Of a stretch of 64,000 nt of DNA, positions 13,016-25,999 are shown one piece after another. Made by a program: the position numbers and the translations under genes. The DNA is taken from positions 38,197,637 through 38,261,636 of the forward strand of contig NC_068989.1 of the NCBI RefSeq assembly GCF_001194135.2, read 5' to 3'. The notes beneath the pieces are model-generated. The model was given only the letters and a program-made list of their open reading frames with translations, was not told where the DNA came from and ran no database searches. Source of the DNA: Octopus bimaculoides. Its lineage: Eukaryota. Numbering within the stretch: the first letter of the stretch is position 1; each line of letters begins with the position of its first letter.

Positions 13016-13409
13016 CCTTGTCATTAAAATACAAGGTATTTGCATATAATTAAAATATTATTATTGTTATTGATTTCTGTGCGGAATGAAAGGCAATGAT
13101 AACACTAGTAGGACTTGAATTCAGATTGTAAGACATAAATATCCTGGCACTCTGTGCAACACCACTGTCTTATATCATTATTGACATATGTGGTAGATTG
13201 GTTAACTTGTCAGAAATGCCTTGTGGTATACAGCTAGGTCCCTTTAAATTCTGAGTTCAGACATTACTTAGATCAATTTGCATTTCATCCTTTCTTTTCT
13301 TTGTGAATAAAGTAAAGTAATATTCAAGTACTTACATTGATTTAATAAACTGTGCCTTCCATCAAAGTGTATGACTTGGTGCTCATGCCAGAAATCAATA
13401 TTATTATCA

Positions 13410-13620
13410 TGGTGGCAAGCTGGCCATGTTGTTAACAAGCCAAGCAAGATGCTTAGTGGTATTTTGTCCATCTTTAACATTCTAAGTTCAAATTCCACTG
13501 AGGTCAACCTTGCCTTTCATCCTTTCAAGGTCAATAGAATAAGTACCAGCTGAGTCCTGGGGTCAATGCATTCAACTATACCCTCCCTAAAGTTTCAGGT
13601 TTTGTGCCTTCGGTGGGTTG
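13410..13620 (+). mobile_element. tRNA-headed SINE (third family); copies at ~31252-31440 and ~46756-46940
   Basis: Shared ttctgagttcaaatt..c..gaggt..actttgcctttcatccttt...gataaa..aagtaccag body with B-box-like gttcaaatt. Confidence 0.7.
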
Positions 13621-13744
13621 CACTTCTCAATCATTTTCAGTTCTTTATCATCCATTTGTAGAAAGGATTGTTGTTGTTGTTGTTGTTATTATTATTATTT
13701 TTATGGGGGTTGCACTTTTCAATCTTTTTTAGTTCTTTATCATC

Positions 13745-13975
13745 CATTTATACATTCCAAGGTATGGTAATATCTATGATCTTGATTTCCTTCATCATTT
13801 TATCAGTTACTACAATGTCTGGTCTCTGAACATCAATCACTGGATTACAAATAAATTGTAAAATCCCACAAGGTCTTGTACTCACTATTCTTGGTAACAC
13901 ATTCTGATCATTTCAAGACTGTACTTCTCACACAGTCTCCAGTGAACATACTGTTATGTCCTGCATTATGACGAT
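13745..13975 (-). mobile_element. R4/Dong-like non-LTR retrotransposon, restriction-like endonuclease fragment
   Basis: YKTLWDF..NPVIDVQRPDIVVTDKMMKEIKIIDITIP is the PD-(D/E)xK RLE signature; cut by the gap at 13978. Confidence 0.7.
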
Positions 13976-14399
13976 GTNNNNNNNNNNNNNNNNNNNNNNN
14001 NNNNNNNNNNNNNNNNNNNNNNNNNNNNNNNNNNNNNNNNNNNNNNNNNNNNNNNNNNNNNNNNNNNNNNNNNNNNNNNNNNNNNNNNNNNNNNNNNNNN
14101 NNNNNNNNNNNNNNNNNNNNNNNNNNNNNNNNNNNNNNNNNNNNNNNNNNNNNNNNNNNNNNNNNNNNNNNNNNNNNNNNNNNNNNNNNNNNNNNNNNNN
14201 NNNNNNNNNNNNNNNNNNNNNNNNNNNNNNNNNNNNNNNNNNNNNNNNNNNNNNNNNNNNNNNNNNNNNNNNNNNNNNNNNNNNNNNNNNNNNNNNNNNN
14301 NNNNNNNNNNNNNNNNNNNNNNNNNNNNNNNNNNNNNNNNNNNNNNNNNNNNNNNNNNNNNNNNNNNNNNNNNNNNNNNNNNNNNNNNNNNNNNNNNNN

Positions 14400-15330
14400 G
14401 GCTTTTGTACTTTTTGGGTAATGTTCCATTGGTAATTTAACTCTTACCACCGATTTAAATATGGTGACTTTCCTTTCTCTGTCTGTGTTTTTTGTATATG
14501 TTACCATATGCCATTTGTTTTTTCTGGGTCTTTTGACTGTTCATTCCTCTGGTGGAATTTGGTTGTCTGTGATGGTTTCCTTTCCTTTTTCCTTCATTGT
14601 TGATGCTGTTGGAGGTTCATGTAGTGAAAAATGTGTACATTCTATTTCACTCTCCTGCTTTTTCTTTATTGGACTCTTCAGAGGTGAGTTCACTTGTCCT
14701 TTCCTTTTTCTTTTGGTTACCTCTATAAATGGTTCTTCCACTTCTTTTGTGCCTTTTTCATTTTCTAGGTCTGCCACTTTGGCATTCTGCACCTGTTGGC
14801 TTTCCTCAATTTGTTTTCTCTCTGGGGACACTTTATTCTAATATGTCCTTTTGCGCTGCATTGATAGCAAGTTGATGGCCTTCCTTCTACCACCACTCTC
14901 AATCTTTTGTCCTCCAGTAGTATTACTTCTTCAGTAATTTCATTTAAATCTTGTTGTCCGACCTGGATGACCATTGGCGTCTTCCTCAGTTTTCTGCATT
15001 ACGGCTGCCACCAGCCACGCTCCTTTGATTTCTGGTAGTATTCTGCCTATTCTCACTCTGGCGACCCTTTTGCCACAGAAGGTAGGTAAGAGTACCCATT
15101 TTTTCTGTCTTCAGCGTCACAGTGGAGTGATTTATTGCCTCCTGTTCATTGGCAAATCTCACCTCCACTGTGCCATATTTTCTGTATAATTAATCAAACT
15201 CGACCCTGAAGAGATACAATATCCCATTTTTATCACAGGCAAGAGTGAGACAGGATACTGCATCGAAATGCACATAGGTCATTAAACAAGTTTTTACGAT
15301 GGATCACGTTATAGCTCTTATTTAAATTGA
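14400..15330 (-). mobile_element. Decayed ORF1 (gag-like zinc knuckle) of a non-LTR retrotransposon, Tx1/L1-like
   Basis: RLRVVVEGRPSTCYQCSAKGHIRIKCP (CCHC knuckle) followed by a K/E/S-rich tail; frameshifted. Confidence 0.65.
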
Positions 15331-15437
15331 TATGCACACAAAATTGTATGATAAACAACCTTTCATATGAGAATTTTGCTACGTTAATAACAGGTACAAT
15401 ATTTTTACCAAATATTTGGTAGAGATCTAAATATACA

Positions 15438-15474
<37 letters not shown>

Positions 15475-16524
15475 ATATTATTTATATATATATGTATATA
15501 TGTATATATATATATATTATTTATATATATATATGATTTATATATATATATATATGTATATATATACATATATTATNNNNNNNNNNNNNNNNNNNNNNNN
15601 NNNNNNNNNNNNNNNNNNNNNNNNNNNNNNNNNNNNNNNNNNNNNNNNNNNNNNNNNNNNNNNNNNNNNNNNNNNNNNNNNNNNNNNNNNNNNNNNNNNN
15701 NNNNNNNNNNNNNNNNNNNNNNNNNNNNNNNNNNNNNNNNNNNNNNNNNNNNNNNNNNNNNNNNNNNNNNNNNNNNNNNNNNNNNNNNNNNNNNNNNNNN
15801 NNNNNNNNNNNNNNNNNNNNNNNNNNNNNNNNNNNNNNNNNNNNNNNNNNNNNNNNNNNNNNNNNNNNNNNNNNNNNNNNNNNNNNNNNNNNNNNNNNNN
15901 NNNNNNNNNNNNNNNNNNNNNNNNNNNNNNNNNNNNNNNNNNNNNNNNNNNNNNNNNNNNNNNNNNNNNNNNNNNNNNNNNNNNNNNNNNNNNNNNNNNN
16001 NNNNNNNNNNNNNNNNNNNNNNNNNNNNNNNNNNNNNNNNNNNNNNNNNNNNNNNNNNNNNNNNNNNNNNNNNNNNNNNNNNNNNNNNNNNNNNNNNNNN
16101 NNNNNNNNNNNNNNNNNNNNNNNNNNNNNNNNNNNNNNNNNNNNNNNNNNNNNNNNNNNNNNNNNNNNNNNNNNNNNNNNNNNNNNNNNNNNNNNNNNNN
16201 NNNNNNNNNNNNNNNNNNNNNNNNNNNNNNNNNNNNNNNNNNNNNNNNNTATTATGTATATATATATATATATTATGTATATATATATATATATATAACG
16301 TGAAGTATATTTGCCACTTAAATGCGGCTAAACCCTAAGGGTGAATGTTACTGTTGCTTTTAGCCCCAGGAGAACATCTCCAGCTGGCTATTGACACACA
16401 TCTGTGCCCTGTCGGTATTTGCAAAGGGATGTCATCCTTCCCATCATTGATCTGACATGATACACACGGACTCAAGTTTCTGGGTATTTACCCTTCATCA
16501 TCGTACGGCAATCACCGATCTCCT

Positions 16525-16895
16525 GCAGGAGTGGCTATGTGGTAAGTAGCTTGGTTACCAACCACACGGTTCCGGGTTCAGACCCCTTGCGTGGCACCTT
16601 GGGAAAGTATATTCTATTATAGCCTTGGGCCGACCAAAGCCCTGTGAGTAGATTTGGTAGGCAGAAACAGAAAGAAGCCCGTCGTATATATATATGTTTG
16701 TGTGTCTGTGCTTGTCCCTCTAACATCGTTTGATAACCGATGCTGGTGTGTTCACGTCCCCGTAACTTAGCGGTTCAGCATTTTGAGACTGATAGAATAA
16801 GTCCTGGGGTCGATTTGCTCGACTACAGGCGGTGCTCCAGCATGGCCGCAGTCAAATGATTGAAAGAAGTAAAAGATAAAAGAATAAAAGAAATA
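16525..16895 (+). mobile_element. tRNA-headed SINE; copies at 17590-17755 and ~59553-59955, with fragments elsewhere
   Basis: Head gcaggagtggct.tgtggtaag...ggttca (A/B boxes), internal TA microsatellite, tail cagcatggccgcagtcaaatga..(aaaagaat)n. Confidence 0.85.
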
Positions 16896-17287
16896 TATTA
16901 TTTATATATATTATTTATATACAGATATTATTTATGTATATATTATTTATATGTATATATATNNNNNNNNNNATATATGATAGACAGCACGAGAGGCATT
17001 GATTATTGGGATAGACAGTATACTAAAAAACTCAATCTCTACTATCTCTAACACGATTTTTTCCCTCCATCTTCCTTTCCTCTTAGACTTTCCGCCGTCT
17101 CCTGTTTCCGATGAAGAGTTTTGCTCAAAACGTAAAAACTACCTTTCTTTCCTTCCCTAAGCATCTGCTAATACTTTGCATGTACCACGTCCTCGCATTG
17201 TTGTTTTTTTTTTGTTGTGTTTGTTCTCTGCTTTTTGGGAGATTTACATACATGTATATATATATATCGATACATACATATATATTT

Positions 17288-17450
17288 AAGAGATTGAGTT
17301 TTTTTTGTTGACCCCCAATAATCAATGCCTCTCATGCCGTCTATCCATCTTGTTATTGACCTCTGGAGTACTTCTACTTTCATAATGAGTTGCTTCATAT
17401 GGGAGGACCACAGTGGGCAACAGTATTCAAGGTTGGATTGGGCAAAAGTA
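17288..17450 (-). mobile_element. CR1/L2-group LINE reverse transcriptase C-terminal fragment
   Basis: AQSNLEYCCPLWSSHMKQLIMKVEVLQRSITRWIDGMRGIDY matches the LEY...W..LE.VQRR.T pattern. Confidence 0.7.
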
Positions 17451-17538
17451 TATATAATACATACATAAATATATACATACATATATATATATGCATACAT
17501 AAATATATACATACATATATATATATACATACATGTAT

Positions 17539-17579
<41 letters not shown>

Positions 17580-18323
17580 TATTTCTATAGGCGCAGGAGT
17601 AGCTGTGTGGTAAGTAGCTTGCTTACCAACCACATGGTTCCAGGTTCAGTCCCACTGTGTGGCACCTTGGGCAAGTGTCTTCTACTATAGCCTCGGGCCA
17701 ACCAAAGACTTGTGAGTGGATTTGGTAGATGGAAACTGAAAGAAGCCCATCGTATNNNNNNNNNNNNNNNNNNNNNNNNNNNNNNNNNNNNNNNNNNNNN
17801 NNNNNNNNNNNNNNNNNNNNNNNNNNNNNNNNNNNNNNNNNNNNNNNNNNNNNNNNNNNNNNNNNNNNNNNNNNNNNNNNNNNNNNNNNNNNNNNNNNNN
17901 NNNNNNNNNNNNNNNNNNNNNNNNNNNNNNNNNNNNNNNNNNNNNNNNNNNNNNNNNNNNNNNNNNNNNNNNNNNNNNNNNNNNNNNNNNNNNNNNNNNN
18001 NNNNNNNNNNNNNNNNNNNNNNNNNNNNNNNNNNNNNNNNNNNNNNNNNNNNNNNNNNNNNNNNNNNNNNNNNNNNNNNNNNNNNNNNNNNNNNNNNNNN
18101 NNNNNNNNNNNNNNNNNNNNNNNNNNNNNNNNNNNNNNNNNNNNNNNNNNNNNNNNNNNNNNNNNNNNNNNNNNNNNNNNNNNNNNNNNNNNNNNNNNNN
18201 NNNNNNNNNNNNNNNNNNNNNNNNNNNNNNNNNNNNNNNNNNNNNNNNNNNNNNNNNNNNNNNNNNNNNNNNNNNNNNNNNNNNNNNNNNNNNNNNNNNN
18301 NNNNNNNNNNNNNNNNNNNNNNN

Positions 18324-18655
18324 TCCAGTTGATCCGATCAACGGAACAGCCTGCTCGTGAAATTAATGTGCAAGTGGCTGAGCACTCAACAGACACATGT
18401 ACCCTTAACGTAGTTCCCGAGGATATTCAGCGTGACACAGTGTGACAAGGCTGACCCTTTGAATTACAGGCACAACAGGTACAAGAAATAAGAGTGAGAG
18501 AAAGTTGTGGTGAAAGAGTACAGCAGGGTTCGCCCCCATCCGCTGCCAGAGCCTCGTGGAGCTTTAGGTGTTTTCGCTCAATAAACACTCACAACGCTCG
18601 GTCTGGGAATTGAAACCGCGAGTCCGCTGCACTAACCACTGGGCCTTTGCGCCTC
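18324..18655 (-). mobile_element. tRNA-headed SINE (second family), 3' end lost in a gap
   Basis: High identity to 24601-24977 and 60163-60560. Confidence 0.85.
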
Positions 18656-18659
18656 ATAC

Positions 18660-19385
18660 CCCCATTCACACATATCTCCCATACACCTAACACATACACC
18701 TCCCACACACCTTACATATATACCGCCCACACACATGACAAACATACATGCTCGCCCTCACACACATATAGACGAACGCACATATATACACATACACACA
18801 CGCACAGTAGTAGAGACACACACCTTACACAGCCCTACACACACACACACACACCCATATATACGCGCACGCCTACATACACGTACATACACAGCTGCAT
18901 ACATATGCACACACACACACAGGAGTGCACACACAAAATAACACACATACCTGGCACACATCCTTACGCTCTCNNNNNNNNNNACACACAGGAGTGCACA
19001 CACAAAATAACACACATACCTGGCACACATCCTTACGCTCTCACACACATACGCACGCACACACATAAACACACACATACACATACACACACGCACCTCT
19101 CACAAACACACACATACACGTTCACACATACACATAGACACACATGCACACACGCCCACACACCTCTCACATACACAATACTCACTCACATACNNNNNNN
19201 NNNAAAACATACACATACACACACGCGCACATACAAAATACACACACACACATGCACGCGTACCCAACACCTACAACCCCACACATACACACTAACAGAT
19301 AAACCACCAAACCACGCACACACACACACACACACACATACGCACACACACAGTTGCAGACTCTCGCGCACGCACAGATATTCAC
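18660..19385. repeat. Imperfect (CA)n microsatellite field
   Basis: CA/CACACAT repeats with two 10-N gaps. Confidence 0.85.
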
Positions 19386-19429
19386 CTCCCTTTTTCACTC
19401 TCCTGTCTTAGAAAGAACTTTTCCTCCAC

Positions 19430-19587
19430 CACCTCCTCTTCCGGTCCTTCCACAATGTAACCTCGTGGGCATCGGTGCCAATTTTCTCTTCCTCCGTTTT
19501 TCCATTCTTTGAACTTTCCGTCTTTCCGACGAAGGGCCCCGCCCGAAACGTCATACTCTCTCTCTTTCCTTTCCCGAGCGTCCAATA
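19430..19587 (+). mobile_element. Penelope-like element end with a hammerhead-like core (similar motif at ~17100-17140)
   Basis: CCGACGA-A-GGGC-ccc-GCCC-GAAA-CGTC at 19526-19552; 17106-17135 has CCGATGA-A-GAG..CTC-AAAA-CGTA. Confidence 0.55.
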
Positions 19588-21385
19588 NNNNNNNNNNNNN
19601 NNNNNNNNNNNNNNNNNNNNNNNNNNNNNNNNNNNNNNNNNNNNNNNNNNNNNNNNNNNNNNNNNNNNNNNNNNNNNNNNNNNNNNNNNNNNNNNNNNNN
19701 NNNNNNNNNNNNNNNNNNNNNNNNNNNNNNNNNNNNNNNNNNNNNNNNNNNNNNNNNNNNNNNNNNNNNNNNNNNNNNNNNNNNNNNNNNNNNNNNNNNN
19801 NNNNNNNNNNNNNNNNNNNNNNNNNNNNNNNNNNNNNNNNNNNNNNNNNNNNNNNNNNNNNNNNNNNNNNNNNNNNNNNNNNNNNNNNNNNNNNNNNNNN
19901 NNNNNNNNNNNNNNNNNTATATAGGAGGGAGAATGTACGAAAAAAAACAACAACAGACGAATATATATATATACATGTATGTATGTTTAAGAAACTCATT
20001 CCTCCTTGTATTAATAATTCGTTAATGTGTAGTGTTTTAATTCCAATGTGTAGGGTATCAGTATTTTTCTGCCAACTTCTCTATCTCAAACAGTTATTAT
20101 CCGTGCATAAATATACATTGTAAAAATATTCTGACTTTCATCTGAGATTAATTTATGGTCACTAATGACAATGCCATTATGATTTAGCTTGCTTTTACTG
20201 TTCGTTTTGATCAACTTACATAGTCTGATAGCCATTTTAACTACAAAGATATTTGGTAGGGCGGAGGTACTTAAAGTTAACATTTTGTAATTGTTTTTTA
20301 TTGCTGAAACATTTTGTAATGTTTTTGTTTTTATTATGTATATTAATTTTATTATATATCTCATTTATCTTTAGTAAAAATAGATGTCTATATGTTTGTT
20401 TTCCTAATAATTTTCTTATTTTCATTAGAAGTGGCAGGAGGAAAAAGTTTGCCAAAATCACAAAACACCTCGTTCCCTGTTAGACAATTATCTATTCTGT
20501 TTTCCATTACACAAGATGCTAAAATAATATCAGTATAATAATAATAATAATGATAATGATGATGATAGTAATAATAATAATAATGATAATATAGCAATGG
20601 CGATGCTTTTGATGATAAAAAAGACGTAATGTAATCAGTGAGTAGCAAATTTATATGAGGAAATTACCTTCTTTGTTAGTAGAGTTATCATTGAAAAGCC
20701 ATTGCACTCTATTTGTTCAGTAATCTGTTTATTGCACAATAATAACTGAATCAGACTGTCCTACTCTTCTCAGACACCTTATCTCTTATGTTCTTTCTGC
20801 AAACAACAACAAAGAAACCCAGAGAAATTGTATAAATATAAACATATCACATAAGTATAACCATATATTTATATACATAACGACATTATGTGCATACAAA
20901 CAAACAATTACAGCTGGTCATAACAAATGGGTATTAGACTAATGCTTGAAGAAGTGATGGTATGTATCCTGATACTGGTGTCCATCACCATGACAATTGA
21001 CTGTCACAAGCTTCAGTAATCTTTGCATCAGTTTAGCTAACTGTAAAATATATGTTGCAAGAAAATTCAGTTTATTGCTCTGTGGAGTAGAATTGGTTAA
21101 ATTGCAACTCTGAGGACAGATCCACTACCAAGGATATGAAACAATAACAGGTTCTTCAAATATTCAGATAAAAGTTGAGATTCATTTATCATTTTAGGAA
21201 AAAATTCTTGGCTCCAACATTTTTGTTTGCTTACATGTTACAATAAAATAGTATAGGACCAGCAGCATACAGTATTAATGTGAAACCAACTACAAGAAAT
21301 TCTATATTCATACGCACACATGCTTACTAGTGTAACTGTTACATGAGATTTATGACAGTTTTATTAATTATAGAGAATGACATAC

Positions 21386-21523
21386 CTGTTCAAAGCAAAA
21401 GACAAGACTCTTGATTAATTTATTACCTAAAGACTTCATTCTTTGTATTTAGTAAAGTAATACACTTTGATCTTATCCAAAAGACAGAGCTTGCTAAGTG
21501 ATGAATGTACTAGAGTATGCAGC
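21386..21523 (-). pseudogene. VPS13D: VPS13D-like relic exon
   Basis: Acceptor tttttgtag and donor CAG|gtatgt. LHTLVHSSLSKLCLLDKIKVYYF...SRVLSFAL resembles LQVRVNGWEQVSPVSVDKVGTFFR...VRVVFAV. Three stops in this frame; the other frames are also closed. Confidence 0.55.
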
Positions 21524-21849
21524 CTACAAAAACAGTTGTTTACAATCATATATAAGTATATTGGCACATGAACCATTAAAAATGGTACAATATTTTAGAC
21601 GTTTTTAACTGGCTCCCTGAATGATTTATTGATATGAATATTTAATTAAAAATAATTGTACTATATTTACAGAATATTATATTATTATTTACAAAACATT
21701 GAAAGTTCACATGTAATAATCATTTTTCCAGAAGTCCTGTTGTACAATATTTATTGTATGTTCCATAAAGATTTTCTGGCTTTCCATCGTTATTTTGCCT
21801 ACATTAACATTTGATTTATTTCCTGCTTAAAGTAAAATAATACTAACCT

Positions 21850-22370
21850 CTTATATTTGTCCATAAATAATTGTAATAGTGAAGGCATTTCAATAAAGAA
21901 CAAAGTAAGAATTTTTAACACTAACATAAAAGCGGTGTTATTGTATGGGGCTGAGACATCGCGAACAACAGTTAAGTCAAATAAGCAAATACAATCATTC
22001 ATCAACAGGTGCTTGCGTAGTATACTTAAAATCAGATGGCCCGAACACATAAGCAATATGGAGCTATGGCAAAGAACAAATCAAGTTTCGATTAGAGAGC
22101 AAGTATTTAAGAAAAAGTAGAAGTGGATTGGTAGCACAATTAGAAAGGACACACTAAATGCAGCGAAAAGTGCTTTACAGTGGAATCTGGATGGATATAG
22201 AAAGAGTGGTAGGCCTAAGAACTCGTGGCGTAGATCAACACAAAGGAACTAGAGAAAGGGGGACATTCATGGCAGAGTATAAGTACAGAAGCGAAAAATT
22301 ATGCAACATGGAATTCAATTATAAGTGGCCTATACTCCGCGTTGGAGGGTTAAAGGCAAGAAAGAAGTGA
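21850..22370 (+). mobile_element. RTE-clade LINE 3' fragment
   Basis: KVRIFNTNIKAVLLYGAET..FINRCLRSILKIRWPEHISNMELW...KWIG is a typical post-RT region. Confidence 0.8.
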
Positions 22371-22909
22371 AGGCACATGGCTTTGTGTTAGGGATTTTGA
22401 GATCTTAAGAACATAACTTCATTTCTTCAACTGGGCAGCATATTGTATCCTTGAGCAAGATGTTTCAGTTCATGTTGATTTAGTTTACTCAACTAAAAAA
22501 TGAGTGTCAGCCAGCTGCTAGTGCACCTCTTTCTCCCTCCCTTTATCACATCCTCCATTTTCTACTGGACTGAGAAAGGGAGGCCCGAGATGGTGCTTGT
22601 CTGCTTCTGATTGTATAGGCAGCTTAAAATAACTAGTAAAAGTGTGGTACAAACTACCAAGTCACACTCCATCAAGTGAGTGATAGTTAAACACTTGATT
22701 ATATATATATATATATATATATATANNNNNNNNNNATTCCTGAGTCTCAAAATATGTATTTCAGAGTTTCACTCAACAAACTTAACTATGGAACAAAACA
22801 GAAGATATAATCAAAATTTTTAGAATAATTGGACCAAGCTACAAAGATTTGTAAATTTATATTTTAAATAAAAAATATACAAAACAATTATAAAACAGGA
22901 AAATTCCAC

Positions 22910-23085
22910 AGGTCCCGTTAGTATGTAATAATCAGTTATTTATTCTGAAGGTCTTTCAATTTCATCTAAAAATATCTTTGCTGTTACAACCCTTAAAAAC
23001 ATTCCATAATGTTTATGAATTTGTAAATTTCCAAATGGCTATATTTTTGTTCTTGCAATGAAATAAATTTCTAGTACAAACTGTC
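22910..23085 (-). pseudogene. VPS13D-like relic exon
   Basis: Acceptor ttttctttgacag; AIWKFTNS*TLW resembles PFALRNHTGCTLW. Confidence 0.35.
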
Positions 23086-23149
23086 AAAGAAAATCTTTAT
23101 ATATATATATTCCTGCTCCAATACGTTTCTCTATTTATTTTGCTGTATT

Positions 23150-24545
23150 ACTTTGGTATGCTTTCAAGGATTGCAACAGGGGGATCAGAATCAGATTTTG
23201 GACATCTGGTTGTATTTTTAATTTGACCCAGTTTAAATGCAAAGACTTTGAAAATACTTGTTAGAGAATTACTTTATGCTGATGATGCTGATTTGTTGGC
23301 ACAGAAGGAGGGGGATATGCAACATTTAATGTTGCATGTCCCCCTGCATGTACACATGCAATGAAAAAAGATTTTCCACTGCATGTGTGCATTTCGGACT
23401 CACAATTAGTCTTGGGAAAACCAAATGTTTACTCCCATGCCAGGACAAACATATTCTGAACCAAACATTTTTGTGAATGGAACAAGGTTAGAAGTCGTTG
23501 ACACCTTTGTTTACTTAGGAAGCACACTGTCAAGAGATGGTAGTTTTGATGCAGAGGTATACTATCGAATAGGGAAGGGAAGTGTTGCATTTGGAAAGCT
23601 CGAAAAACGAGTATGTACGGATAGAGGTATTTCCCTGCAGAGAAATATCAGTGTCTATAAAGCGTGTGTATTGCCTGCACTTCTTTATTCAAGTGAGACA
23701 TGGACCACTTACAAGTGTCACATAAAAATGCAGGAGAGATTTCATCAAAAGTGCCTCAGACATATCTTAGGAGTCAAGTAGGAATGTTTCATACCAGATA
23801 CAAAGGTTTTGTGCATGGCACGTTGCAGCTCAGTTGAACAACATGTTATCTTGGCTCAAATGAGATTTACTGAACACGTTATGTGAATGAAAGACGAGTG
23901 TTTGCCAAAGCGTCTTTTTTATGATAAGCAACCACGAAATAAGCCGAGAAAAAGGTATAAAGACTGTGTAAAGGAAAACCTTAAGAAACAAGATATGAAC
24001 AAAAGTGATTGGGAAAATGCTGCTCTAGATCGGAACAAGTGGAGAGGTGCTGTTAAGACTGGTTGTAATGACTGGGAGGAAAAGATGATTCAGCACTCTG
24101 AACTTAAAAGGGCCTGTTGCAAAGGAACAATTGGAAGTGTAATGGACAGTGAATATTAGATATGTATTATATGTGACTGTGTTCTGTTGGCAAAAGCAAG
24201 GTACGTGAATCATATGCAGTCACATGAAAATCGTAATGCCCAGATCTCGGACATCAACCACCTCTTATGACTTGTGTCATATGCCAAAAACTTTGTAAGA
24301 CAATATCTGGACTTAAAAGACATATGCTAGTTCACAAAAGCATTCCTTCAGAATCAGATTCCAAAAGGCAAAGATATAGAAGAAACTTGAATAATATCTG
24401 TCACTTGTGTTTTAAATCCTGTCAGTCATCAGCTGGTCTTAAAAGTCATCTAAGGGCTCATCAAAAGAGTGACTGTACAGTGTGATGGGGTGTGGTGTGT
24501 GTGTTGATGGGATGGCTATTACCTCCCAAGATGAAGCAATCATCA
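23150..24545 (+). mobile_element. 5'-truncated RTE LINE with RT YADD motif and three C-terminal C2H2 zinc fingers
   Basis: LYADDADL at 23272-23295; FVYLGSTLS; LLYSSETW; three CX2CX12HX3H fingers at ~24163-24465; catcat/TA tail at ~24540. Confidence 0.85.
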
Positions 24546-24600
24546 TATATATATATATATATCAACTTATCTATGCCACTAAATGATATAGTCGAAATAT

Positions 24601-24977
24601 GTTGTTGTTGTTGCTGTTGGCACTCCGTCGCTTACGACGTCGAGGGTTCCAGTTGATCCGATCAACGGAACAGCCTGCTCGTGAAATTAACGCGCAAGTG
24701 GCTGAGCACTCCACAGACACATGTACCCTTAACGTAGTTCTCGGGGATATTCAGCGTGACACAGTGTGACAAGGCTGACCCTTTGAATTACAGGCACAAC
24801 AGAAACAGGAAGTAAGAGTGAGAGAAAGTTGTGGTGAGTACAGCAGAGTTCGCCACCATCCCCTGTCGGAGCCTCATGGAGCTTTAGGTGTTTCCGCTCA
24901 ATAAACACTCACAATGCCCGGTCTGGGAATTGAAACCGCGAATCCGCTGCCCTCACCACTGGGCCATTGCACCTCCA
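24601..24977 (-). mobile_element. Full-length tRNA-headed SINE with 12-bp target-site duplication
   Basis: Head tggaggtgcaatggcccagtgg..gtttcaattcc on the minus strand, (CAA)n tail, TSD atagtcgaaata at 24588-24599 and 24980-24991. Confidence 0.9.
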
Positions 24978-25095
24978 CCATAGTCGAAATAATGACGAAT
25001 AAATAAAGTATCTGGCTGATAGAGGGGTTGTGGTACTAATTGAACTGAAGCATTTAATTTTATTGTTTCCTGGTCTGTTTAAAACACTAAGATTT

Positions 25096-25407
25096 TCAGG
25101 CTAAAATATAATTTTGTATATCAACAGAGGACAAATCTATCACACATTTCACAGAGAAAATTTTACAAGTTCCACTTTGGATACGAAAACACAGAGGATT
25201 TGTCTCTGCATATAGCTGAGGTATAAAGGTTATATTAATCAGTAAAATGTAAGATCGAAAAGCTGATAAAACTAAACTAAGTAGTTGTGGAAAAAATCTG
25301 TAATTCTTTTGCATCACTGAACCAACTTCATTCTGTTTGTAGTAATTAATTTCATTTACGCAGTTGAGGCGGTGGAGCTGTTTAAAACAGTACAAAACCA
25401 TACACAA
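25096..25407 (-). pseudogene. VPS13D: VPS13D-like relic, still open for 103 codons
   Basis: The ORF contains EINYYKQNEVG and YILLINITFIPQLY, resembling SGDYYNRALSGW and RLDINITSVLIDQY. Confidence 0.55.
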
Positions 25408-25999
25408 TTCTTTATTCTATCGATCGACACCTTACTATAACGAATTCAAATTCCTGTCAGTGTCGATATAGTTGATTGAATCAATTCCAAAGACTGTCTA
25501 TTTCCGCGACAGAAACATTGACCTTCACTTAATCAAAAGAAATTTCGTGATCGTGGTTTCCATTTCTATAAGCTCATTTCTGGCTGTTAGATGAAATCAA
25601 GGTGAAGTTTCGGTTGATGATCTCCCTTAACAAGGAGAAAGTGTGATAAATTAATCTAAAGAAACGGTGAATAAAGAAACACAATGAACAAAATGACATG
25701 AAACGAAAATTCACACACCTACGAATTTCTGAGACAAAAAGAAATTAAAGAAAGACATTGATTTCATACATAAGAGTGTCCGCAATTTCTTCAGAGAAGT
25801 CTAGATACAAATATAATAAAAGATATTTGACTTTTCTGAAACGACTTACTTTCAGATCATTGGAAGTTAATTTCGCGCCCCCAAACATATGACAGGTGAA
25901 AGACACTTGGAGCAGTGAAGCGCTAGATTATGTAGTTTTCCTAATTCATCGCTTCCAGATGTCTTCATACAGAATCAGTGCATGGCCTTACATGAACAC

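Noticed and set aside
15500-20123. Long ORFs in the track spanning Ns or TA/CA microsatellites (also 37897-38575, 39489-39879, 49842-50609, 57492-58058)
   Set aside because: They are open only because N runs or simple repeats lack stop codons.
24900-24977. tRNA genes at SINE heads (also 16525, 17590, 60490-60560)
   Set aside because: The A/B boxes continue into SINE bodies with tails and TSDs; there is no complete cloverleaf or terminator.
25100-25220. Plus-strand exon candidate (ttttcag..GAG|gtataa; LKYNFVYQQRTN...)
   Set aside because: No recognisable homology or partner exons; it is the antisense of a VPS13D-like relic.
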